This document shows positions 1 to 9,654 of a DNA stretch of 64,000 nucleotides, piece after piece (the first letter of the stretch is position 1; each line of letters starts with the position of its first letter). Under the pieces are notes generated by a model. It saw only the letters and a program-made list of their open reading frames with translations, did no database searches and was not told the origin of the DNA. The translations under genes were made by a program, and so were the position numbers. Source of the stretch: Planctomycetota bacterium (GTDB taxonomy: Bacteria > Planctomycetota > Phycisphaerae > UBA1845); contig JAJRWX010000020.1 of the NCBI GenBank assembly GCA_024276605.1, positions 4,512-68,511 on the forward strand, in the 5' to 3' direction.

Positions 1-64
1 ATGCTACCAAGAACGTCAAACCGACGATCGCTCTAAACAAACCACGAACTACATGACTCTTCAT
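1..64 (-). CDS. 5' end of an unidentified CDS running off the left edge (MKSHVVRGLFRAIVGLTFLVA..., hydrophobic signal/TM-like N-terminus)
   Basis: Own minus-strand translation: ATG at 64..62 with AAGGAG (77..72) 7 nt upstream. Only 21 codons are visible. Not in the ORF track. Confidence 0.3.
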   Translation of the reverse strand, partial: MKSHVVRGLFRAIVGLTFLVA

Positions 65-207
65 CTACAATCTCCTTCACTACTTGAACAATTAACCCCA
101 CGCTACAAAGGTAAGGCCCAATGTATGCACAGGTGACAATAATAAGCCAAATTCTATATCAATGACAGAATAAGGACATAGCCTTCTCAATGACCACGCC
201 AATACCA

Positions 208-1272
208 TCACGTACTAGCCAGGATATTCAATATGTCGCCATCGGCAACCAGGTAACTTTTACCCTCTTTGCGTACTTTCCCTGCCGCTTTCGCACCCTT
301 CATATCCTTGCAAGATACCAAATCATCGTAGGCAACGGTTTCCGCGCGAATAAATCCCCGCGCAATATCGGTGTGAATCTTACCAGCCGCCTGCACTGCA
401 GAACTTCCATATTTGACAGGCCAAGCCCGCACCTCATCCGCTCCCATCGTTAAAAATGAAATCAGACCGCATGCCCGATAACATTCTCGAATCAATCGGT
501 CCCTAGCCGGTGCATCTATACCCAAATCTTCCAGAAATGCCGCTCGATCGCTCTCATCAAGCAAGGCGATTTCAGCCTCAATACTTGCACTCAGGCTCAC
601 ACATGTTTCGACGTGAGGTAAGTCAAGCGATACGTTAGCATCAGCCTGATCATCAGACACATTAACCACGCACAGCACCGGTATTTCGGTTAGAAAACCA
701 AAGCTGGAAAGTTGTCTACGATCATCTTCACTCGACAGCGCATCCGCTAACGGACGCCCTGACTCCAGCGCCTCAAGGCACTTGATCAACAACGCATGCT
801 CTCGTTTTTCCTGATCGTGTGTTTTCGTCGGCTTCTTCAACGCCTTTCCAAGTCGTTCAATGCGCGTTGTCACCGTATCCAAGTCAGCGAAAATGATTTC
901 ATCCCACATGGCCGAAAAGTCCGCTTCGGCATCGATACGATTTCGATAGGCAGGTACGGAGGCGTTTTCAAAGGCACGCACGACAACGACAAGAAGATCC
1001 GCTTGCCGAACAACAGGCAACAAACGACGCCAACTTTCCTGACCATTGGCATCATCCAAGGAACAACCCGGCACATCGATAAACTCGATCGTCGCCTCAA
1101 CAACTTTCTTAGGATTATACAGTTTGGTAAGATATGCTAGCCGAGGGTCCGGAACATGCACGACGCCGGAGCGAGGTTCGGGTTGTGCAAAGGGGTCCAC
1201 CGTCAGACCGGTCACTGCGGAAAATACCGTCGATTTCCCGGATTGGGGAAGACCAATGAAGGCGGCTTTCAA
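208..1272 (-). CDS. ychF: Obg-like ribosome-binding ATPase YchF
   Basis: 354-aa ORF. P-loop GLPQSGKST at the N-terminus, YchF-type G domain, conserved C-terminal tail (KVRKEGKSYLVADGDIL). Confidence 0.9.
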   Translation of the reverse strand: MKAAFIGLPQSGKSTVFSAVTGLTVDPFAQPEPRSGVVHVPDPRLAYLTKLYNPKKVVEATIEFIDVPGCSLDDANGQESWRRLLPVVRQADLLVVVVRAFENASVPAYRNRIDAEADFSAMWDEIIFADLDTVTTRIERLGKALKKPTKTHDQEKREHALLIKCLEALESGRPLADALSSEDDRRQLSSFGFLTEIPVLCVVNVSDDQADANVSLDLPHVETCVSLSASIEAEIALLDESDRAAFLEDLGIDAPARDRLIRECYRACGLISFLTMGADEVRAWPVKYGSSAVQAAGKIHTDIARGFIRAETVAYDDLVSCKDMKGAKAAGKVRKEGKSYLVADGDILNILAST

Positions 1273-1352
1273 TAGACTAACCCTCTATGAGAAAAACCGC
1301 ACAACGTACACCTCAATCACCAAAACGTGAATCACGCCACAGGCCAAACCCG

Positions 1353-3566
1353 TTATAGATCCCAATCCTTAATCGCGTTTTCGATAGCTATGAGTTGATA
1401 TGTCCCAACCGCGCCATCATGATCAAATTCGACCGTTTCGCCAACTTTCAGTCCCATTAGTCTCTGGGCGAGCGGTGCGTTATAGTTAAAGCGACAACAG
1501 CTCAAATCAGCCTCCCAAGGCCCAAAAAACGTCATTTCATACTTACTATCATCTGTCGTCTTCTTGAAAATAGCGCGTGTTCCAATGCTCAAGCAACCAG
1601 TATCAACATCATCGGCCGTCATCACATGAGCCATATCCATCTCTTCGTTCATCTGACCCAACTTCGCTCGGAGTAAATCTCTTTCCTCCAACGCAAATTT
1701 ATATTCCGAATTTTCGCTCAGGTCACCGTGCTCAGCGGCTGCACCGATGGCTTTTGCATTTTCCGCCATTTTAACATTGAGGTGATGATCGATCTCTGCA
1801 CTGCGTTGTGTCATGCCTGTTCTCGTGACATATAATACATCGGAGCGCTCCCAAAGTGGCAAATGCGCCTTGGCGTCCTCTTCGGGGAATTTTGCGAGAA
1901 GAATTCTTACAAAATCTTCTTTGACCGCTTGTCCTAAGGAATCAGCTCGACGGATCTGATTTCTCAGCGCTTGGGCCATGCCCAAATCTATCGTCTCCAC
2001 ACATTGCTTAAATTTTTCACACCTTCTTGCCCCCAGCACCGAACGAGCTCTATCCAACATTTCGCGTAGCCGCGCTTTAGATACTTCTCCACGCAGACGT
2101 GCCGATTCCAATACACGAATAATACGGCTCACCAAACCGATTGGTTCAATTTGCTGAATAGACAATTCATCACCTGGACCGTTCCACAGCCAAAGCAATA
2201 CGTCAAACCCCTCTTCAGGGTGTTTCATCAACCGTTGGAAGACCGGGGCAAAATCTTCCCCAGTACAGCCATGATCGACAAGTCGCTTGGCAGCAAGATC
2301 GCAGGCCACATACGGCAAGCTGGGGAACCATTCCAGCAAACGCGCGGCCCAATCATCCGTGTGAACACGACAGAAACACTCAAGAAATGTGCCATACAAA
2401 CTTTCCACCGAGATAACTTGTAGCGTTTTCTTGAACTCATTACGCGGGCGAAAATACTCGATCGCCTCTTCGACGGGTGCGTCATAACCCGCTAACTCTC
2501 CCGCACGCGCAGCACACAACCAACATATGTCGGCCGATCCAGCCTTATCTTTCGCAAATCGCCTAGCCCGCTCGGACATCGTATCCGCACAGCGACGCAG
2601 GGCATCTAAACAGGGATCCTCTTTTCGCTGCCGGCACTCCCGAACATAACGATCAACACTGACCAACTGCGATTGCACATCTCTTTGCTTGGCAAAATCT
2701 TCTTCGAAATGCCCCTCGTGTGTAACCTCATCTTCGATGTAAGTCAGCTCATAAGGTGAACGCCCTTCGATCTTGACTTTGGGGAATTTCTTCAACGCGG
2801 TGCGTGCCCGTGTCCACCACTTTTTCCACTCTGATTCCGGTAACAAAGAAGGTGTCAGGCGTGCTAGCAGTTCATCACTGTCCAAGGTGTTATCGTTTTC
2901 CCGACAAAGTTCGATCACCACCTCCGCGGGTTCGCGACGAATGCGCTCCAATAACGCTTCCGGCGCAAAACACTGCATCACCACAAACTCAGTTTCCTTG
3001 GCCGGTCGATATTCGTCTGCCAACGTCACCGCACCAAATGTTTTACTGCCGGCAGGTGTCGTGATACTAAACGTCCAATCCGGCAGACTAATAGAATCCA
3101 CACGCGCCGCCATGTCTTCATGACGACCGGCCAGATAATCACCCTCTTTGATTTCCAAGGCGACTTGCAACGTACGCAATGCTCGACGTACCGGTCTGCC
3201 CTTCTCGATACCGGCCTCCTGCAGTAGTTCTTCCAGTGCCTCGCGGCCCTCATAAGCCTCGCGGTAGAGATCGGCTACCTGCTTTCTCAAATCGCCATGG
3301 TCACCAATGGCTAGAAGAAAGGGAGCGGCCACATCAAGAACTTCGCTCTTACTATGCCCAGCACACAAACCCTCAATGGCTGCCCAGCCAAGTGTAGCGG
3401 CGAAAGATTGCTTGTCTCTTTTGCATAATTCTGCCAACACACATTGATAGGATGCAAACTCACTAAGTGAAAGATCCTGAGATTCCACCAGTTGCATCCA
3501 CTGTTCCTCAACAGTTGAGGTGTTGCCACTTTCCGCCAATTTGAGCATCGATTGCGATTTCATCAA
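1353..3566 (-). CDS. Gre-factor-domain protein: ~570-aa unknown N-terminal region fused to a GreA/GreB-like C-terminal half
   Basis: 737-aa ORF. Near the C-terminus it reads EHGDLSENSEYKFALEERD, the Gre coiled-coil tip with the conserved acidic D/E. A small globular domain follows. Confidence 0.75.
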   Translation of the reverse strand: MMKSQSMLKLAESGNTSTVEEQWMQLVESQDLSLSEFASYQCVLAELCKRDKQSFAATLGWAAIEGLCAGHSKSEVLDVAAPFLLAIGDHGDLRKQVADLYREAYEGREALEELLQEAGIEKGRPVRRALRTLQVALEIKEGDYLAGRHEDMAARVDSISLPDWTFSITTPAGSKTFGAVTLADEYRPAKETEFVVMQCFAPEALLERIRREPAEVVIELCRENDNTLDSDELLARLTPSLLPESEWKKWWTRARTALKKFPKVKIEGRSPYELTYIEDEVTHEGHFEEDFAKQRDVQSQLVSVDRYVRECRQRKEDPCLDALRRCADTMSERARRFAKDKAGSADICWLCAARAGELAGYDAPVEEAIEYFRPRNEFKKTLQVISVESLYGTFLECFCRVHTDDWAARLLEWFPSLPYVACDLAAKRLVDHGCTGEDFAPVFQRLMKHPEEGFDVLLWLWNGPGDELSIQQIEPIGLVSRIIRVLESARLRGEVSKARLREMLDRARSVLGARRCEKFKQCVETIDLGMAQALRNQIRRADSLGQAVKEDFVRILLAKFPEEDAKAHLPLWERSDVLYVTRTGMTQRSAEIDHHLNVKMAENAKAIGAAAEHGDLSENSEYKFALEERDLLRAKLGQMNEEMDMAHVMTADDVDTGCLSIGTRAIFKKTTDDSKYEMTFFGPWEADLSCCRFNYNAPLAQRLMGLKVGETVEFDHDGAVGTYQLIAIENAIKDWDL

Positions 3567-3936
3567 TTATAGGTTCCCATACCAATAGATCGTACAAAAG
3601 ACCGAGCCGAATAGTATCCCATGATTCCCCACGATTGTCGAGAGAGCCAGTTCACGGCTGAATCGAACAGGATCAGTGCGAATCGTTCACGGGTACCTGC
3701 CACCCCCCTATCCAGGGTTGTTGTACCAATCTGTCATTCCCACGAAGGTGGGAATCCAGCTACGGCTCAGTGGATTTATAGCATGAAACTGGGTTCACGC
3801 CGACGTATGAACCACGGCCTACACGGAAATGACGAACTGCTGACGCACAGGCCTGCTGGCTCGCGCCTGCGGTTCTGATTTGGTGTCCCCATCCCACCAA
3901 TAGTGTCATGGCCTAGAATCAACAACCCGGAGGCTA

Positions 3937-4112
3937 GTGCTGTGTCACAGCTTCATGTTTGGGTTCATCCAGGGTGGCATGGGCAACGTTTTTTTTGCCC
4001 GTGTCGGCCTCCGGAACTACACGGGTAAGTCCCGATGTATCCCGACGTAAAATCGAGATACATCGGGACTTACCCATGCCACCCGAATACTTAGCTGTGG
4101 CAAAGCACTAGT
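3937..4112. repeat. Composite nested palindromic intergenic element
   Basis: Outer arms 3937-3955 and 4094-4112 are complementary at 16 of 19 positions. Inner arms GGGTGGCATGGG (3972-3983) and CCCATGCCACCC (4073-4084) pair with each other. There is a perfect 19-bp stem at 4023-4041/4057-4075 and a 6-bp stem at 3981-3986/3995-4000. Confidence 0.6.
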
Positions 4113-4152
4113 TTTAAACCCACTAGAATATTCGAAGTGAATATGAAAAGAA

Positions 4153-5289
4153 TCAAACCGGTACGTGCTTGCCCGTATGCTCCAAACTAACACTTAGCCC
4201 GCTAGCCCGCAGCCACCCCGTCCGCTGGGCAGCGCTAGCGAGCTTACTTTCCCACATCTTCAGATAGGCCCGAGCGGTCGTCTCCCAGTGAAGTGTGCCG
4301 GCATATTCAAAAGCCTGATTCACGAGCTTTAGACGTTTTTCGGGATGCGATATCATATCATCCACGATACGAGCAATGGCCTCACCGGAATCGGCAGCCA
4401 ACAAATACGGGCTAAATGACTCGCCGCAAACATAATCGCGTTTAAGCGGATCGACATACGCCGCACATACCAAACGACGACGGGCCATCGCTTCCTGGAT
4501 GGCCATGCGTCCATCGACAAAGGCGAAGCAAGCATCTTTGAATCGCACCTGCGCATCTGCACAACGACCATGAAACGTCACCGCAAGGTCACTCTCTTCA
4601 ACCTGAGCCTGCAATGATTCACGCAGCGAACCATCTCCATACACGTCCAAATGAAAAGGTCTTCCATATTTCGTTACCAGTTGATGCACCGCTTCGATAT
4701 ACATGCCAATGCCGGTGTCCGGCTCCAACCGCCCCACGTACAACGCAGAAGTCGGTTCAGGTTCTGCATGTTGCTCTATGTCTTGTGCGGCAGGCGTCAA
4801 TCCCTGATCCGGACAAATATCCGGCTGCACATCCAACCACTTTTCGATAAACGCACCGTCATGCGCAACCCCGGCAACCCATTTCGAAGAGCGTCGGGCA
4901 CGATTGATGTGCGACTCTGGTACAGGGTGAATACAGGCCATGCCGTGTCGAATCAAAAACACTTTGCGCCGACTCACGACCGGCCCTAGCATACGACAAA
5001 AATATTCAAGCATGTGCGTATTACTTACACTTACAACTTCGGCTTCACTAAAAAGATGCTGATGACGCACAAACCACCAACGACAGCGCATCGGGCTGCG
5101 ATAGGCCGGGAATCGATATATTTCAATACCATCGCGTACTTCTCTGTCCGGTTGACCCTCCTGCGTCGCACCGGCGACTACTCGAACGCTATGCCCTAGC
5201 CTCAACAGTGCAAGGCTTAACTGTTCAACATATTTTTCAACACCGCCTACGCTGGGCCAATATCGATGGACAAACAATACGATTTTCAT
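4153..5289 (-). CDS. Glycosyltransferase, GT-B fold (family 4-like)
   Basis: 378-aa ORF. The N-terminus MKIVLFVHRYWPSVGGVEKYV is typical of GT4 enzymes. Its ATG overlaps the upstream stop as ATGA. Confidence 0.8.
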   Translation of the reverse strand: MKIVLFVHRYWPSVGGVEKYVEQLSLALLRLGHSVRVVAGATQEGQPDREVRDGIEIYRFPAYRSPMRCRWWFVRHQHLFSEAEVVSVSNTHMLEYFCRMLGPVVSRRKVFLIRHGMACIHPVPESHINRARRSSKWVAGVAHDGAFIEKWLDVQPDICPDQGLTPAAQDIEQHAEPEPTSALYVGRLEPDTGIGMYIEAVHQLVTKYGRPFHLDVYGDGSLRESLQAQVEESDLAVTFHGRCADAQVRFKDACFAFVDGRMAIQEAMARRRLVCAAYVDPLKRDYVCGESFSPYLLAADSGEAIARIVDDMISHPEKRLKLVNQAFEYAGTLHWETTARAYLKMWESKLASAAQRTGWLRASGLSVSLEHTGKHVPV

Positions 5290-6149
5290 TTACATTCCAC
5301 CTTTTCCTCGGGTAATTTCGTCCGACTCGTTGTGACCAAGTGCAAACTATTTCCGGACGCCAACGGTACAATCTTAGCCCTTGTTTTTTTCGCTACACAC
5401 TTAGTCACCGCTACGACATTTGAAACAACCTGCCCAGGTGCCCAAGCGACACGTTCATCATGACGTATTACGTCATCTACAAATCCAGCGACACCGTCCA
5501 TTAAATAATCGTGAAAAATGATCAAACCACCCGGCGCCACATGTGGCCACCAAGTCTCAAAATCTGATCGGACCCCGTCATAAGAATGGTCGGCATCAAT
5601 AAACAACACGCGTATGGGATTACCTTCATACTTACCAGCCATCTCCGTCGTGTACCCAACCATGGTCGAAACTTGGCGGCTTACTCCCGCCTGAGTTAGC
5701 TGCTGACGAAATGCATCCAACGTGCTACCGCCGAATCGTTCGATCGAGGGATAGGCTTCGCCTCCCTCCTTGGTCCCCACAAATGTGTCCACCGCCCACA
5801 CATGTCCCTCACCTCGCACCGCACACGCCGTCGCCAAATAACTCGTCGTGAGACCTACCCACGACCCCAACTCCACGATATCACCCCGCCCTGGCCATGT
5901 CGCAGCCAATCGATAAATAGCCAGCAATTGATCCGCCGGCATCATCCCATCACCGGATGACCAATGCATCCGCTGCCATAGACGCATTAAGCCTGCTGCA
6001 ACGTGCGCATCCAACGTAAGCGCCTCCAACGGCAGACAAAACGATCGCCAGCCACCTAGTCGACGAACGGTATTCACGATCCGTCGTGCCACCGCAAGTC
6101 CGAGTCGATATTCACACAGCCGATAGCTGAGCTTAGCGGCACTCATCAC
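5286..6149 (-). CDS. Class I SAM-dependent methyltransferase
   Basis: 287-aa ORF with VELGSWVGLTT and LFIDADHSYDGVRSDFETWWPHVAPGGLIIFHDY, a Methyltransf_24-like signature. The likely ATG at 6146 overlaps the upstream TGA. Confidence 0.75.
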   Translation of the reverse strand: MMSAAKLSYRLCEYRLGLAVARRIVNTVRRLGGWRSFCLPLEALTLDAHVAAGLMRLWQRMHWSSGDGMMPADQLLAIYRLAATWPGRGDIVELGSWVGLTTSYLATACAVRGEGHVWAVDTFVGTKEGGEAYPSIERFGGSTLDAFRQQLTQAGVSRQVSTMVGYTTEMAGKYEGNPIRVLFIDADHSYDGVRSDFETWWPHVAPGGLIIFHDYLMDGVAGFVDDVIRHDERVAWAPGQVVSNVVAVTKCVAKKTRAKIVPLASGNSLHLVTTSRTKLPEEKVECK

Positions 6150-7021
6150 TCACTCCCACCGCTGTGCTGCGCGGTTTCGCGCTGCGCAAAAAGCAATAGA
6201 TTTAATCCCATAAACCGATCCCAAACGGAAACACGGTTATGCCAATCCGGCGCGTTACGCCACCATCGCTTAATCCAATGATCCCTCACTGACTGCCAAA
6301 AACCCGTGCAAACAACATCCACATGGATAAAACCAACGCATTGGGCTATGCTTTTTATCTCTCGTTTTGAGTAAGGAATTTCCTGACCATAAGGCCACCA
6401 CCCTCGTCGCTCCAGATAAAACTTCCAACAGCGATACGGCAGGCACCATGCATGAGGCACACTAATCATGGCCATACCATTCGGTTTGAGTACGTTATAA
6501 TGCGCAGCTGTTACCTGACGACGCTCATCACCTACGAAATGCTCCGTCACACCAAGTGATACCGCGACATCGTACGCTCCGGTGTGCTCCGCTAGAGAGC
6601 CAAGCATATCACCACTGACGAACTCCGCGCTTAGTCCAAGTCGCTTGAAACGATATTTGGCTTCTTCCAACGCTCGCTGACTCTGATCGAGCAACGTCAC
6701 GGTTGCGCCATGTTGTGCCAGAAGAACGGACAGATCACCACGACCGCAACCCAATTCAATTGTTTTCAAACCGGCGATCCCACCGAACGCACGTTCTAAT
6801 CGGTTAACGACATGCCGCCAACGCGGACTGCGCCGTTCGCGTGCCAAAAGTGCGTCATCCTTAGCCGTTAAGGGTCGATGCAACCACAAACGATCCCAGA
6901 CCGTCGTAGCCCGATCATGCATCGTGCTGGTTTTTGGTTTCGTTACCGTCTCGATCATGACGCGGCATCCCATCCTGATGTTTGCGACGGCGCTATCCAT
7001 ATTGCTTTTGCGGGATGACAA
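6146..7021 (-). CDS. Class I SAM-dependent methyltransferase
   Basis: SAM-binding motif IELGCGRGDLS, then LLDQS and a VTEHF region. The probable real start is ATG 6958, which overlaps the GT2 stop as ATGA. Confidence 0.75.
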   Translation of the reverse strand: MSSRKSNMDSAVANIRMGCRVMIETVTKPKTSTMHDRATTVWDRLWLHRPLTAKDDALLARERRSPRWRHVVNRLERAFGGIAGLKTIELGCGRGDLSVLLAQHGATVTLLDQSQRALEEAKYRFKRLGLSAEFVSGDMLGSLAEHTGAYDVAVSLGVTEHFVGDERRQVTAAHYNVLKPNGMAMISVPHAWCLPYRCWKFYLERRGWWPYGQEIPYSKREIKSIAQCVGFIHVDVVCTGFWQSVRDHWIKRWWRNAPDWHNRVSVWDRFMGLNLLLFAQRETAQHSGGSE

Positions 7022-8133
7022 TGACTACGTTCCACGGATGAATGTGACTTCTGCTTAGTCGGGAACACGTGCGAACTTGCCTTGTCGGATGTCTCATTTA
7101 TATGACCTAAGCTGTTTTCTTGAAGCAAACAACACGATGAAGTATTGTCCTGTATCATTTGCTCTCTTTGCTTCCTACGGCTCGATGTCACCAACCATGC
7201 ACCAGCAAATCGACATGCGTCAATCACACGACGCAAACTCAACTCATGCGATAAAGACCGTAACATAGTCATGCACGCGACACCAAGTTGCCCCTCACGC
7301 CCCTGATCGTACGCCATCTGAGTAGCGGATTCAGCAAGATGCCTATTCACAATGTGTTGCTGTTCGCTTGATAAATCTGCAAACATCTCGTTCAACGTGA
7401 GCAATGTATGATGGTTTTGAATGACATTGCGAACCTTGTCTGTGCGGCTCATACTGCCAGCCGTGTGATGATGCAGACACAATGGCTCATCCACATAGCC
7501 AGCCTCACAAATGCGTACAAGCTGCAAATAGAACAACCATTCCTCCGCATACGTAACGCCCACAGGCCAACGAATGTCACCAAGTCTTGTTCGACGTACC
7601 AGGCCTGTGATCGTTGAGATAAAATACTTTCGTAGCAGCACATCAAAGAGACTCTCCAAACACACGCACATATTCGGATCAATGCGCTCGTGCCGCACCT
7701 GACGCGCTTCTGGGCACAGTGTATCGAATACGCTATCTATACGTCGCCCTTGTAAGTCGATATACGCATAATCCGAATACACCAAACCCAGCGCAGGCCT
7801 AACCTCAAAAAGGTCCAGTTACCGTTCGAGTTTGGTAGGTAAAAATTCATCATCGCTATCTAGAAACGCGATGAACTCACCCCGCGCATGCGCCATACCA
7901 ACATTACGGGCTGCGCACGCACCGGCGTTGTCTTGATAGTGATATTGAAACCGATCACCAAGTATTTTAGCGTAATGTGTAGCTAACAACGGCGTTGAAT
8001 CGGTTGATCCATCATCGATCAAAACGATTTCCCATTGGCTTACAGACTGTGATCGCACAGAATCCAATGCGCGAGTGAGTAGGTGGCAGCGGTTAAAGGT
8101 TGGGATCACGATGGATACGATCGGCCTACTCAT
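6955..8133 (-). pseudogene. Family 2 glycosyltransferase interrupted by one in-frame TAA (7816-7818)
   Basis: ORF 7819..8133 holds the GT2 N-terminus (VSIVIPTFNR, LIDDGSTD, FLDSDDEF). ORF 6955..7785 continues in the same frame. My translation across the junction reads ...LPTKLER*LDLFEVRPALGLVYSDYAYIDL... Confidence 0.75.
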
Positions 8134-9536
8134 TATAGCACAGCCTCCATCGGTATCTGCTGGTCAAACTGTTTGGCTGCGACATCACAAGCCCGTTCAA
8201 ATTGCTGAGCCAATTGCGCCGCCAGTACATCGCGACGAAATCGCCGCAATGGTTGGGTTTCGAGGTGAGCAGGAAGATCACGCCCTACCGACATGGTAAA
8301 CACTTCACTAAGTGCCCGACTAATCGCTTCACTATCAAACGGAGCGCATACTCCGGCATGACCATCACGCACAATCCGCGCTGCATCTCCCTCTGGAGGT
8401 CCAACCAGTAAAATGGGGCGACTTGCGGCTAAGTACTCGTACAACTTAGCCGGCACCACAGAAGCACCGTTCCGTCCTTCCGGTACGCACATTAGCAATG
8501 CACGCGCAGTACACATCGCTTCGATAGCATGGGCATGATTCACGCGACCGGTATACACACACGTCGCCCCGGTAGCCGTAAAACGTGTTTTCACAGACTC
8601 GTTCACATGCCCCACCACACGGAGCACCAGCTTATTACCGTTACCTGTGCATGCACATGCAAACCTCGCCACACCATCAAATAACGCGTCACTCGTACGC
8701 CACCGGTCAGCCGATCCGACATACGTCAGTTCCAGCGTGTCATCATGTTGACTGCGTTCACTGCTAACGATGTTCTGAAAGTCATCGAGATCAAAACCGT
8801 TGGTGATGGTCACAAACTTATTCGCCCACGTGGGTACGTGCGATGATAGTATTTTTGTTTGCGTCGGTGTTACACCAACTACCACATCCGCCTCTTCTAG
8901 AATCTCTTGTTCCCACCGACGATGCACCTGCCGCCATTTCGGCGACTTCTCCTCATATCGATAATCATCCGTCCATAGATCACGAAAATCAGCCACCCAT
9001 GCACATCCAGTCAACCGTTTAAGGCTCAACGCGAGTAGATGGTTCGACGCAGGACTATAGGTCGAGTAAATAACATCAAATAAACCAGCCCTTAGCATAT
9101 CGACCAAAGATGCTTCACTAGCCCGTGCCCAATCAACCAGTGGGTCAGGTTGACTATATCGATTTTGTAACGCTTGAAATCGCCAGGCTAAAGCGTCTGA
9201 AAGACGAGACTTGTCGTCATTTACGCATTCGCACGCGGAATCGCGCAACATGCCATGATCATAAACTTTCACGCACCCTGGGAAATCTACCATGAGAGAC
9301 TTATCGCACGGCAGGTTCGGCAAGCGCCCCGCCGTCCACACCGTCGGCTGCCATCCTAGTTTCGATAGGTATTTCGCAAACTTGACGGAGCGCTGAACTC
9401 CCGGACCACCATGAGGTCCAAATACCGCGCTCAACATGAGCACTCGTCCAACAGGCGAATCAAATGATGTATCATTAGTTGACATACGAAACGCTGCCAT
9501 CCCATGCCATACCGACCCAGCTACACACACGCGCAC
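8133..9536 (-). CDS. Glycosyltransferase (GT-B, family 4-like)
   Basis: 467-aa ORF. The C-terminal half (VPAKLYEYLAASRPILLVG) resembles the GT4 sugar-donor domain. The likely start is ATG 9485 (MSTNDTSF...). Confidence 0.65.
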   Translation of the reverse strand: MRVCVAGSVWHGMAAFRMSTNDTSFDSPVGRVLMLSAVFGPHGGPGVQRSVKFAKYLSKLGWQPTVWTAGRLPNLPCDKSLMVDFPGCVKVYDHGMLRDSACECVNDDKSRLSDALAWRFQALQNRYSQPDPLVDWARASEASLVDMLRAGLFDVIYSTYSPASNHLLALSLKRLTGCAWVADFRDLWTDDYRYEEKSPKWRQVHRRWEQEILEEADVVVGVTPTQTKILSSHVPTWANKFVTITNGFDLDDFQNIVSSERSQHDDTLELTYVGSADRWRTSDALFDGVARFACACTGNGNKLVLRVVGHVNESVKTRFTATGATCVYTGRVNHAHAIEAMCTARALLMCVPEGRNGASVVPAKLYEYLAASRPILLVGPPEGDAARIVRDGHAGVCAPFDSEAISRALSEVFTMSVGRDLPAHLETQPLRRFRRDVLAAQLAQQFERACDVAAKQFDQQIPMEAVL

Positions 9537-9654
9537 ATATAGCGCATACTGCTATCGCAGCACACTAGTTATCGGTTCTTTAGAAGCGTCTCTTTGGGGT
9601 TGAATGAAGGCAGAATGGCGGATAAACCGTGTTAAATGGGTATAGCGCTCATCG

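Noticed and set aside
3621-3878. 85-aa plus-strand ORF in the Gre-like/GT intergenic region
   Set aside because: It spans palindromic and repeat sequence (an ATTCCCA-N6-TGGGAAT hairpin and a REP-like unit), has no RBS, and its composition is not protein-like.
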